Origin: Janthinobacterium lividum
Lineage (GTDB): Bacteria > Armatimonadota > Armatimonadia > Armatimonadales > Capsulimonadaceae
Length of the DNA stretch: 64,000 nt
Reading direction: 5' to 3'
Assembly (NCBI GenBank): GCA_050954545.1
Contig: JBPBQB010000288.1
Location: 1,291 to 65,290, forward strand
The notes beneath the pieces are model-generated. The model was given only the letters and a program-made list of their open reading frames with translations, was not told where the DNA came from and ran no database searches. How positions within the stretch are numbered: the stretch's first letter is position 1; each line of letters opens with the position of its first letter. Below, in pieces: positions 36,753-45,601 of the stretch. The position numbers were made by a program, and so were the translations under genes.

Positions 36753-36782
36753 TTGACTCTCCTGCCTCCCAGCGTCTATACT
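36753..36782 (+). promoter_or_regulatory. sigma-70-like promoter TTGACT-18-TATACT of the T-box leader
   Basis: TTGACT 36753-36758, TATACT 36777-36782. Confidence 0.55.
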
Positions 36783-36788
36783 AAGTCC

Positions 36789-37035
36789 AATCCCGGCCTT
36801 GATGGGGAAGAGTAAGCGGCACCGACTGCATTAGAGAGGGAACGCCACCGGCTGCAAGCGTTCCCGCAGCCAAGCCGCCGAAGGTCGCCCCGGAGCCGAA
36901 GTCGAAAATGAGTGTTTGCGCTGGGTTTACTGGCGCAGAAAGCAAGGTGGTACCGCGCGTCGGCTACGTTCAGCGTAAAGCCCCCGCGTCCTTGCGATAG
37001 GTTAAACCCTGTCGCGATGGACGCGGGGGCTTTTG
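36789..37035 (+). promoter_or_regulatory. T-box riboswitch leader, probable Val (GUC) specifier, with terminator
   Basis: T-box sequence AAAGCAAGGTGGTACCGCG at 36939-36957. Stem I elements GATGGGGAAGAGTAAG and TTAGAGAGGG. GAAGGUCG at 36881-36887. Terminator AAAGCCCCCGCGTCC ... GGACGCGGGGGCTTTT at 36977-37034. Confidence 0.8.
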
Positions 37036-37050
37036 TGGTTTGGAGCGATT

Positions 37051-37662
37051 ATGAGAACAGCCTACAGCGTAATTGTTGCCCTAATTCTGCTGACAGGAGT
37101 GTCAGTGCAGGCACAGCAGGTGGTCGTGCCGGGCCGCAGCATAGGAACAATCACGCTTGGAATGCCAGGGCCCGAAGTTTGGAAGCATTTGGGCAGGCCA
37201 ACAGTCTATTTCCTGCACCTTGCCGGACGGTCTTACGTCTGTGACTGCTTTGAAGTCAGCAACAAGCGTGAGATTGTGACTTCGCATTACGGGCAGGTCG
37301 TTCAGATTGAGCGCGATGTGACGGACGACGAACGCCGCAAATATTTCTTTCCGTTCCTGCGCGGGCAATACCCGTACCTAAAAGCCACATTGTATGATGT
37401 ACCTGAAGAAGATGGCTGTACGATTAAGGCAGATAATGTTTCGCAAGGTATAGCATGGGCAATTTTCATTATCCACTATCAAGATGGCGCGTTTAGCGCT
37501 AAAGTACTAAACGACATCGGTCCGGGCAGAGTAATTGTGCATTGGCCTGGCACAAAGGTTTTGCCCAACGCCGGAGAAATTAAAGATGAGCACGACTCAT
37601 CTTTCGGTGATATTCGCGCCTGGTTTGCGGCAAAGCCACCCAAGCCGCATAAAGGAAACTAA
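37051..37662 (+). CDS. hypothetical exported protein directly after the T-box terminator
   Basis: GGAG 37042-37045, ATG 37051. MRTAYSVIVALILLTGVSVQAQQ signal peptide. 203 aa. Confidence 0.6.
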   Translation: MRTAYSVIVALILLTGVSVQAQQVVVPGRSIGTITLGMPGPEVWKHLGRPTVYFLHLAGRSYVCDCFEVSNKREIVTSHYGQVVQIERDVTDDERRKYFFPFLRGQYPYLKATLYDVPEEDGCTIKADNVSQGIAWAIFIIHYQDGAFSAKVLNDIGPGRVIVHWPGTKVLPNAGEIKDEHDSSFGDIRAWFAAKPPKPHKGN

Positions 37663-37663
37663 T

Positions 37664-37741
37664 ATGGAAAAAGCTTGCGAACCTAAAGATGTGGAAGCGC
37701 GGCTGTGCCCAGAGTGGAAAGATGGCTCTTTAAATGGATAA
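37664..37741 (+). pseudogene. truncated duplicate of the valS 5' end (19 valS codons, then stop)
   Basis: MEKACEPKDVEARLCPEWK versus the true valS MEKAYEPKDVEARLYPEWE. Part of direct repeat 37651-37721 = 39350-39420. Confidence 0.85.
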
Positions 37742-39188
37742 TGCGGAATTATCGAGCCTGCTTACGACTTTACGCGCCGAACCTCATGAATCGGAGTGGA
37801 TAGAGTTCAAGGAGAACAACGAAGCCCCAGACATGATCGGGCAACGACTGTCTGCGCTTGCCAATGCTGCGGCTCTGCTTGGGAAAGAGCGGGCTTACTT
37901 CGTCTGGGGTATCGAAGATGGCTCCCATCGCATTGTTGGCACGACGTTTTCTCCGCGTCGGGCAAAAGTAGGCAATGAAGAACTCGAATCCTGGCTGTCA
38001 CATCATCTGAGTCCCTGTCCTGACTTTCGGATCCATGTCTTACCGGTCCAGGAAACTTCAGTCGTTTTGTTTGAAATTACTCCAGCACAGCACACTCCTG
38101 TTCGCTGGAAGGAAACTGCGTATGTCCGCATCGGAAGTTATACGAAAAAGCTTCAAGATTACCCTGAAAAGGAACGGTCCCTCTGGCTCACACTATCTCG
38201 GCATCCCTTCGAGAGTCGGGTCGCGCTTTCTGGCTGCTCGGAAGATGATATTTTGTCCCTTTTGGATTATGATGCCTACTTTCGACTGACAAAGCAAAGT
38301 CTTCCAGCCACTAGAATCGGTATTTTAGAGCGTTTAGCCAGCGAAAAGATGATTGTTCGCAAAGAAGAACGTTTTGACGTTCTCAATCTTGGAGGGTTGC
38401 TTTTTGCCCGCAGGTTATCCGATTTCAGTACGCTGAGTCGTAGGGCAACACGAGTTATTGATTACTCGGGAAATGCACGAATTAGTGGAGGTCGAGAGCA
38501 TATTTCGCTTTCTGGATACGCTGCTGGTTTCGAGTCTTTAATTGCTTACATAAAGACCCGCTTGCCGAACAATGAGCACATTGCTCAAGCCCTCCGAGTC
38601 GAAACCGAAATTTATCCTGAGATCGCGCTTCGTGAACTCGTGGCCAATGCAATTATCCATCAGGACTTGGACGCTCAAGGCGACAGTCCCTTTGTCGAGA
38701 TGTTTGAAGATCGCCTTGAAATCACCAATCCTGGAAGGCCGCTAATCAGTCCACTGCGTTTTATTGATGAGCCGCCACAGTCGCGCAACGAAACACTTGC
38801 AGCATTTATGCGGCGTGTTAACATCTGTGAAGAACGTGGCAGTGGTATTGACAAAGTCATCCATGCCGTCGAAATCTGGCAGTTACCAGCACCGGAATTC
38901 ACGGAGACAGAGCGGCACACACGGATTTACCTTCATGCGCCGCGAACTTTCCGGGAAATGAGCACTAAGGATCGAACTCGTGCTTGTTATCAGCATGTTT
39001 GTTTGATGTATGTCTTCAATCAATCCGCGACGAATTCAAGCCTTCGTAAACGATTTTCTTTTCAAGATGAGGATTACAAGATTGTCTCTAAAATTATCAA
39101 TGACACAACGAAAGAGGGCATGATTAAACCTTACGATTCTGAGAACCGTTCGCGGCGTCATGCACGGTATATTCCTTTCTGGGCGTAG
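37734..39188 (+). CDS. AlbA_2 (Schlafen-like) DNA-binding domain protein with HATPase_c_4-like C-terminal domain
   Basis: N-terminus ESEWIEFKENNEAPDMIGQRLSALANA. C-half RELVANAIIHQDL...LEITNPGRPL. 484 aa, typical length for this architecture. Confidence 0.7.
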   Translation: MDNAELSSLLTTLRAEPHESEWIEFKENNEAPDMIGQRLSALANAAALLGKERAYFVWGIEDGSHRIVGTTFSPRRAKVGNEELESWLSHHLSPCPDFRIHVLPVQETSVVLFEITPAQHTPVRWKETAYVRIGSYTKKLQDYPEKERSLWLTLSRHPFESRVALSGCSEDDILSLLDYDAYFRLTKQSLPATRIGILERLASEKMIVRKEERFDVLNLGGLLFARRLSDFSTLSRRATRVIDYSGNARISGGREHISLSGYAAGFESLIAYIKTRLPNNEHIAQALRVETEIYPEIALRELVANAIIHQDLDAQGDSPFVEMFEDRLEITNPGRPLISPLRFIDEPPQSRNETLAAFMRRVNICEERGSGIDKVIHAVEIWQLPAPEFTETERHTRIYLHAPRTFREMSTKDRTRACYQHVCLMYVFNQSATNSSLRKRFSFQDEDYKIVSKIINDTTKEGMIKPYDSENRSRRHARYIPFWA

Positions 39189-39201
39189 GCGGATTGTGTA
39201 A

Positions 39202-39341
39202 TTTCTTATATCCCTCTTATATCAGATTTATGGTATTACAGATAGCTCTCGGAAACAATATCTAGATAAAGGTATTGAATTGATACTATATCTAGGGTTT
39301 TATTCCATTTAGGAGCAGGTTTCTTATATCCCTTTTATATC
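39202..39341 (+). repeat. 22-bp direct repeat pair in the AT-rich cassette tail
   Basis: TTTCTTATATCCCTCTTATATC (39202-39223) and TTTCTTATATCCCTTTTATATC (39320-39341), 1 mismatch. Confidence 0.85.
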
Positions 39342-39362
39342 TTGTTTGCAAAGGAAACTAAT

Positions 39363-42206
39363 ATGGAAAAAGCTTACGAACCCAAAGACGTGGAAGCGCG
39401 GCTGTACCCGGAGTGGGAAGCGGCAGGGCTGTTTCATGCGGAGCCGACACCGGGGAAGCCGAAGTTCAGTATCAGCATTCCCCCGCCTAATGTCACGGGC
39501 AGCCTGCATATGGGCCATGCCCTCAACCATGCGGTGCAGGATACGCTTGGGCGCTGGCACAAGATGCAGGGCGATACGGTGCTGATCCTGCCCGGCATGG
39601 ATCATGCGGGGATCGCGACACAGACGGTTGTTTCCCGGCAGATCGAGAAGGAAGGGCTGACGCGCTTTGATCTGGGCCGCGAGAAGTTTGTCGAGCGTGT
39701 ATGGGCCTGGAAGGAAGAATACGGTTCACGCATTCTCGTTCAGCTCAAGCGGCTGGGCTGCGGGTACGACTGGTCACGCCTCCGCTTCACGATGGACCCG
39801 GAATATGCCGAGGCCGTGGCGGAAGCGTTTGTCCGCTTCTTTGATGCCGGGCTGATCTACCGGGGCAAACGAATGGTGAACTGGTCGGTGGGCCTGCAAA
39901 CGGTTATCTCGGATATTGAAGTGGAAAATATCGAGACCGACGGCTCACTCTGGCACATTAATTACCCGTTCGCTGATGGTTCCGGCACTGTTACGGTGGC
40001 GACGACGCGCCCGGAAACACTGCTCGGCGATACGGCTGTGGCAGTCAACCCGGCCGATCCCCGCTATGCCGGGCTGATCGGCAAGATGCTGCTCCTTCCG
40101 CTGACCAATCGCGAGATCCCGCTGATCGCCGACGATTACGCGAGTATGGAGTTCGGGACGGGCGCAGTCAAGATCACCCCGGCCCATGACCCGAACGACT
40201 ATGAAGTAGGCCTGCGTCACAATCTGCCTCAGATCGCCGTGATCGGCTTCGACGGCAAAATGACCGAAGACGCCGGGGTTCGTTACGCAGGGCAGGACCG
40301 CTTTGAGGCGCGGGACCTGATTGTCGGTGATTTGGAAGCCGCCGGTGTACTCGAAAAGATCGAGCCATACCGTCATTCCATCCCGCATTGTGACCGGAGC
40401 AAGACCGTGATTGAGCCGCTGCTGTCCGAGCAGTGGTTCATGAAGATGGCCGGCACGGAACTGATCCAGAAGGCCACCGACATCGTGAATGACGGTGCGA
40501 TCCAGTTCGCCCCGAACCGCTACGCCAAGACCTATGTCGATTGGATGGACGGCATTCGCGACTGGGCCTTGTCTCGTCAGCTCTGGTGGGGCCACCGCAT
40601 TCCCATCTACTACAAGCCCGATGGGACTTATGTCGCCGCGAGAAATCTCGCCGAAGCGGTGGACCGTGCAGGCACTGACCAGTTGACGCAGGACGAAGAC
40701 GTACTCGATACGTGGTTTTCGTCTGCTCTGTGGCCGTTCGCGACTCTGGGCTGGCCGCACCAGACTCCTGATTTGGACTATTTCTATCCGACCGATTTCC
40801 TGACTACCGCCGGCGAAATCCTGCGCCTCTGGGTCGCGCGTATGGTGATGACCGGCTTAGAGTTCACCGGTAAGAAGCCTTTCTCCGACGTCTACATCCA
40901 TGCGACGGTGCTTGACAAAAAAGGCCGCCGGATGTCTAAAAGCCTCGGCAACGGCGTTGACCCTGTCGAGATGATCGATAAGTACGGGGCCGACGCCCTG
41001 CGCTTCTCCCTGCTGCGTCTGGCTTCCAAAGGCCAGGACATCAAGTTCAGCGAAGAGCGGGTACCTGAATCGCGTAACTTTGCCAACAAGCTCTGGAACG
41101 CCGCCCGCTTTGTGCTGATGAATATGGAACCCACCCCTGCTCGTTCCTCGCTTTCCCCTCCCGAAACGGGAAGGGTAGGAGATGGAGAAAAGATCACGGG
41201 CATGGACACTGACGTTCCTCTTCCAGACTTTACCGAGTTTTTCGCTGAACATACTAATGCCAGCATCGCTAAAACTCTTAGTCCTCCCGTTTCGGGAGGA
41301 CCCCTGCGAAGCAAGGAGGTGGGTTCCCTCCCGGAACGCTGGATACTCTCACGTTTGCAGCGGACGGTACAAACTGTGAACAGTGCGCTGGGAACTTACG
41401 ACATGGACGATGCCTGCGGGGCGCTCTATGAGTTTGTCTGGGGCGAGTATTGTGACTGGTTTGTCGAGCTGTGTAAGCCTTCGCTGCAAGGTGAAGACGA
41501 CTCGGCTAAAGACTCGGCTCGGGCAGCGCTTTATACAGTGCTCGAAACGACACTACGCCTGCTGCACCCGATCATGCCATTTGTGACGGAAGAAATCTGG
41601 CAAAATCTGCCGGGTAAGACCGAAAGCATTAGCCTGGCCCCTTACCCTATTTTAGATGAGGCTTTGATCGATACTGAGGCTGAGGCCGGGATCGGACTGC
41701 TGATCGAGAGCATCACGGCTTTGCGCGGCTTGCGGGCGGAATTCACGCCGGGCGGACAGGAAAACGAAGCCGCACGGGCCGCAATGCTCAACCGAAAGTT
41801 GACAGTCATTGCCGTTGCTGAAAGCGCAGCAGCGACCGCAACATTGCGCGGACAGTTGCCCGCCCTTGTTGCGCTTGCGCGTCTCGGTGAAGTGTCTGTT
41901 GCGGACGCTGTGCCGACAAACGGCAAATATGTTCCCGCCGGTGTTTCCGGCGCGGCGTTCTACGTCCCTGCCGGTGAGCTGCTGGAAGGTCTCGACCCAG
42001 CAAAAGAGTCCGCACGGCTGGAAGCAGAGATCGTTAAACTAGACAAAGAGCTTGCCGGAGTGCAGGGGCGATTGAACAATCCAAGCTTTGTCGAGCGAGC
42101 GTTGCCGGAAGTCGTCGAAAAAGCACGGGCTGACGCCGCTGATTTGGTTCAGCGTCAGACAAAACTGGAAATGCGGCGCGGACTGCTGACAAGCACCCAG
42201 GATTGA
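39363..42206 (+). CDS. valS: valine--tRNA ligase
   Basis: HIGH-type SLHMGHALN, KMSKS-type RMSKSLGN, C-terminal coiled coil. ATG 39363. Confidence 0.95.
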   Translation: MEKAYEPKDVEARLYPEWEAAGLFHAEPTPGKPKFSISIPPPNVTGSLHMGHALNHAVQDTLGRWHKMQGDTVLILPGMDHAGIATQTVVSRQIEKEGLTRFDLGREKFVERVWAWKEEYGSRILVQLKRLGCGYDWSRLRFTMDPEYAEAVAEAFVRFFDAGLIYRGKRMVNWSVGLQTVISDIEVENIETDGSLWHINYPFADGSGTVTVATTRPETLLGDTAVAVNPADPRYAGLIGKMLLLPLTNREIPLIADDYASMEFGTGAVKITPAHDPNDYEVGLRHNLPQIAVIGFDGKMTEDAGVRYAGQDRFEARDLIVGDLEAAGVLEKIEPYRHSIPHCDRSKTVIEPLLSEQWFMKMAGTELIQKATDIVNDGAIQFAPNRYAKTYVDWMDGIRDWALSRQLWWGHRIPIYYKPDGTYVAARNLAEAVDRAGTDQLTQDEDVLDTWFSSALWPFATLGWPHQTPDLDYFYPTDFLTTAGEILRLWVARMVMTGLEFTGKKPFSDVYIHATVLDKKGRRMSKSLGNGVDPVEMIDKYGADALRFSLLRLASKGQDIKFSEERVPESRNFANKLWNAARFVLMNMEPTPARSSLSPPETGRVGDGEKITGMDTDVPLPDFTEFFAEHTNASIAKTLSPPVSGGPLRSKEVGSLPERWILSRLQRTVQTVNSALGTYDMDDACGALYEFVWGEYCDWFVELCKPSLQGEDDSAKDSARAALYTVLETTLRLLHPIMPFVTEEIWQNLPGKTESISLAPYPILDEALIDTEAEAGIGLLIESITALRGLRAEFTPGGQENEAARAAMLNRKLTVIAVAESAAATATLRGQLPALVALARLGEVSVADAVPTNGKYVPAGVSGAAFYVPAGELLEGLDPAKESARLEAEIVKLDKELAGVQGRLNNPSFVERALPEVVEKARADAADLVQRQTKLEMRRGLLTSTQD
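41127..41326. repeat. degenerate palindromic element lying in frame inside valS
   Basis: Arms 41127-41175 and 41283-41326 share the GAACCCACC terminus and a CTCCCGAAACGGGA(A)GG core in inverted orientation. The left arm aligns with the arm of the 13008 element. Confidence 0.6.
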
Positions 42207-42378
42207 AATCCTGGGCTGAGGAGCCTATGGCTGGTTGTCCTGCGGACAAAAGAACATAAGAAAATGGATTATCTCGTAGTCTTCTGTCCGCAGGACAGCC
42301 GGCGCGAAGCGCCCTTCAGCCATGCACTTCAGTGCGTGGAAAACGTGATTCACGCAAGTTAGGGTACAATGGCGGACA

Positions 42379-44028
42379 ATGACGAAGTTCTCTGCTAGTC
42401 CCCTCCCCTTGCTCTGCGTTTTGCTGCTTGCCCTGGCATTGCGGGTCTGGGGGCTGACCTGGGGACTGCCCTCGGCGACCCACTATTTTTCGTATCATCC
42501 GGATGAAAGTGTCGTGCTGGGATATGCCTCGCAGACGATGAATGTCTTTGCGGGGCATCTGCTTCCGCATTTTTACCGGTACGGCTCTTTGCAGCTTTAT
42601 CTGGTCTGTTTTGCCAATACTCTGGCCGCTCTGTTCGGGGGCGTGGAGATCGTGCCGAAAGATTATGCTGTCTGGTACCCTGAGTGGGCCAAAATGTATT
42701 TGATCGGACGCTGCCTGACAGTCGGCATGGGTGTCGGCACCGTCTGGGCGACTTATGCACTGGGACTGCGTTTGTGGGGGAAGCGGGCAGGTCTGCTAGC
42801 AGCACTGATACTCGCGATCACTCCGCTGCACGCTCAGCATTCGCATTTTCTGACGGTCGATGTTCCAGCGACGTTTTGGGTCATGCTGTCACTGCTTTGG
42901 ACAGTACGCCTTGCCACTGGTGACTCAAAACCACTCAAAGCCGCTCTCTGGGCAGGAGTCTTTGCCGGGTTGGCCGCAGCGACCAAGTACAACATGGCCC
43001 TGGTAATCCTGCCGCTGATTGTGGCTAGTTTCATAAACTCCTCACCTACCCGCTTCGGGAGGGGGGGCGCTTGCGCCGGGGTGGGTTTTTTAGCCTTCGT
43101 TTTGGCATTCTTCGCCGCCTGTCCCGGTGCGCTTCTCGAAACGAATATTTTCCTGAGCGACTTCCACGCGGAAGCCGTTCATGTCCAGAATGTCAATGAT
43201 CCGACATTCCGAGACACAGGCAACGGATTCATCTACCATATCACGCACAATCTGGATGCAGGGCTGGGTCTGCCGCTTCTGCTGCTCGTGCTGGTCTCGA
43301 TTGGTTATGCGCTTTACCGGCGAGAACGTGGGGATGGATTGCTGGCGGCATTCGCCCTGCCCTATTACATCTTGATTGGTTTAGCAGCCGTGCGCTATGC
43401 CCGTTATGCGATCCCGCTTCTGCCTATTTTATCACTGTGGGCTGGCAGAATGGTTGCGGTTGGGACACGAGAAAGCGCGAAAATCGCACCAGGGTTTGTT
43501 AAGATAGTCAGTGCATGTGTGCTTTTGGCGACTTTTGCGCTGACGTTGTTGCTTATCCAGCCGATGGCACAAATTGATCCGCGCGATCAGGCAATACTAT
43601 ATCTTAGACCACGTGCTACTGGAGCCAATTTCGCAGGAGCCCCTTTTTTCTCCGAGGGGCCTATCGGCTTTCCTGTACAGCCCTGGTTTGGTACAGTTCC
43701 AGTTAGTCCCTATTTCACTCTGCCGCGCCCCGGTGCATGGCAGGCTGTCACATCGCCGAAGACGCTCAAAAACATTGTGTATGACGGCCAAGATTGGGAT
43801 GCCAAAGACTTGAAAGCTAAAAAGCCACCGTATGTGGTGCTGAGCGAATATGACTACGATGATGCACTACGGCTCAAAGACCCGGCGGCGGAGGTTTATC
43901 TCAAGTTGCTGACGCATAATTATGACCGGCTTTGGATGAATGAAAATACACCGCAATTTAGCTCACGCGGCTTGCCACATGATATGACTTATACTGATCC
44001 AATTATTTACATCTATGGGCGGAATTAA
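42379..44028 (+). CDS. GT39/ArnT-like lipid-carrier-dependent glycosyltransferase
   Basis: Polytopic N-half with SYHPDESVVL loop motif, 549 aa, soluble C-terminal domain. Confidence 0.65.
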   Translation: MTKFSASPLPLLCVLLLALALRVWGLTWGLPSATHYFSYHPDESVVLGYASQTMNVFAGHLLPHFYRYGSLQLYLVCFANTLAALFGGVEIVPKDYAVWYPEWAKMYLIGRCLTVGMGVGTVWATYALGLRLWGKRAGLLAALILAITPLHAQHSHFLTVDVPATFWVMLSLLWTVRLATGDSKPLKAALWAGVFAGLAAATKYNMALVILPLIVASFINSSPTRFGRGGACAGVGFLAFVLAFFAACPGALLETNIFLSDFHAEAVHVQNVNDPTFRDTGNGFIYHITHNLDAGLGLPLLLLVLVSIGYALYRRERGDGLLAAFALPYYILIGLAAVRYARYAIPLLPILSLWAGRMVAVGTRESAKIAPGFVKIVSACVLLATFALTLLLIQPMAQIDPRDQAILYLRPRATGANFAGAPFFSEGPIGFPVQPWFGTVPVSPYFTLPRPGAWQAVTSPKTLKNIVYDGQDWDAKDLKAKKPPYVVLSEYDYDDALRLKDPAAEVYLKLLTHNYDRLWMNENTPQFSSRGLPHDMTYTDPIIYIYGRN

Positions 44029-44031
44029 TTG

Positions 44032-45033
44032 ATGAACGAAAAACGCGCACTGGAAATCTTAGACAATTTTATGGGCAAGCGTGTTCTTGTCGTCGGCGAT
44101 GTCATGCTCGACGAATATGTCTGGGGCCGTGTCAACCGCGTCTCACCGGAAGCGCCTGTGATGATTGTCGATGCCGACAGTCATACGTTTGTGCCGGGCG
44201 GTGCGGCAAATGTCGTTAACAATGTCTGTGCGCTCGGCGGCAAAGCGTTCATCTCCGGCATCATCGGGACAGACAGCGCGGCAGTGACGTTGAAAGAGAA
44301 GCTTGTCGAAGAGGGCGCAGATGTTGCGGGGCTTGTTGCGGTCTCCGAGCGCCCGACTACTCTGAAAACACGTGTGATCGCGCACACGCAGCAGGGCGCA
44401 CAGCAGGTTGTGCGGGTCGACCATGAGCGCCGGGATGCGATCAGTCCCGACGTGCAGGCGCGGATGCTGGCTCTTCTGCACGAATCTATCCTGAACTGCG
44501 ATGCCCTGTTGCTGTCTGACTATCAGAAAGGCTTGCTGACCCGTGAGCTGGTTGCCTCTGTGGTTCAGCGAGGACGTGAGCAGGGTAAGATAGTGACCGG
44601 CAACTTGAAGCCAAAGGGTATCGCGAGCCATTGCCGCCTTTCAATGATTACTCTCAATGTTTTCGAGGCCAGTGAAGCCTCCGGGCTGCTGTTAGGCGAT
44701 GGCGGGAGTGATTCGGGGACGCTGCATGAGGCGGGGCGGATGCTGTTGCGGAAGTCCGGCGCGGAGAATGTGCTGATCACGCGCGGCGCTCACGGACTGT
44801 CGCTTTTCAGTAGCGATGGCACGACTTTTGATCTGCCTGCTCATCCTGTCGAAGTGTTTGATGGAACGGGTGCCGGGGATACGACGATCACGACCCTGAC
44901 ACTGGCATTAGCATCCGGGGCGACCCCGAAGGAAGCCGTGACACTGGCGAATGCCGCAGGAGCGGTTGTAGTCCGCAAATTAGGTGTCGCGACGGCGACT
45001 CGGGCTGAGATACTGGAGCGGGTGATCGAATAA
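44032..45033 (+). CDS. PfkB-family sugar kinase, RfaE domain I / HldA-like (heptose-7-phosphate kinase)
   Basis: KRVLVVGDVMLDEYVWGRVNRVSPEAPV and C-terminal GAGDT motif. Confidence 0.75.
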   Translation: MNEKRALEILDNFMGKRVLVVGDVMLDEYVWGRVNRVSPEAPVMIVDADSHTFVPGGAANVVNNVCALGGKAFISGIIGTDSAAVTLKEKLVEEGADVAGLVAVSERPTTLKTRVIAHTQQGAQQVVRVDHERRDAISPDVQARMLALLHESILNCDALLLSDYQKGLLTRELVASVVQRGREQGKIVTGNLKPKGIASHCRLSMITLNVFEASEASGLLLGDGGSDSGTLHEAGRMLLRKSGAENVLITRGAHGLSLFSSDGTTFDLPAHPVEVFDGTGAGDTTITTLTLALASGATPKEAVTLANAAGAVVVRKLGVATATRAEILERVIE

Positions 45034-45073
45034 GCCCCCACCCCAGCAGGAAGGCCGGGGTGAGGTCATATGC

Positions 45074-45499
45074 TTACGGGGTGGCAGGAGCGGCGGGGAC
45101 AGCCGTTTTAGGTGCCCGGATATGAACAGTCTTGGCGACGGGAGTTGTAGCGTCGCCGTTGGTCATCGCACTGATGCGCGTGTCCAAGACTAAATCGGCG
45201 AACGTGCCGGTCGGCTGGCCTTTTGCATCACCGACCTTGTAGATCTTGGTGCCATCGGGAACAGACAGTGTGACCGTCTTTTTACCGTGCGATAGTGTGA
45301 TAGTCTTAGCAGCCGCATCGATGGCAGAGATTTTGCCGCCGACACGGTCGGCGTTCTTCGGTGCCGGTGCTGCGGCAGCAGGATCGGGTGTGACAATCGG
45401 TGCTGCCGGCACTGTGGGAGCGGGCACTGTCTGAGCAAAGGTCGTGATCGGGCAAAACAAAGCAGCCGTGAGGGCTAAAGGTAATAAGCGGCGCAGCAT
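45074..45499 (-). CDS. hypothetical exported Ala/Pro-rich protein
   Basis: Signal LLPLALTAALFCPITTFAQ. 141 aa. Confidence 0.5.
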   Translation of the reverse strand: MLRRLLPLALTAALFCPITTFAQTVPAPTVPAAPIVTPDPAAAAPAPKNADRVGGKISAIDAAAKTITLSHGKKTVTLSVPDGTKIYKVGDAKGQPTGTFADLVLDTRISAMTNGDATTPVAKTVHIRAPKTAVPAAPATP

Positions 45500-45601
45500 A
45501 GTTCAAGTTCCTCCAACATAGGTGTGATAGCGGTACTGACGCAGGATTTCAAGCAGTGTTCACCGAACAGTGAAGAAAGATAAAGCAGGGGAAAAAGACC
45601 G

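Larger units (their letters stand above)
37722..39349 (+). mobile_element. single-gene cassette bracketed by 71-bp direct repeats of the valS start
   Basis: Direct repeats 37651-37721 / 39350-39420 (6 mismatches by hand). Interior more AT-rich by eye. Confidence 0.6.

Noticed and set aside
43040-43095. G/C-rich patch CTCACCTACCCGCTTCGGGAGGGGGGGCGCTTGCGCCGGGGTGGGTT inside the GT39-like gene as another in-frame repeat insertion
   Set aside because: Only 6-7-bp terminal complementarity and vague resemblance to the 19533 element. It could be an ordinary loop (SSPTRFGRGGACAGVG). This is too weak to call.
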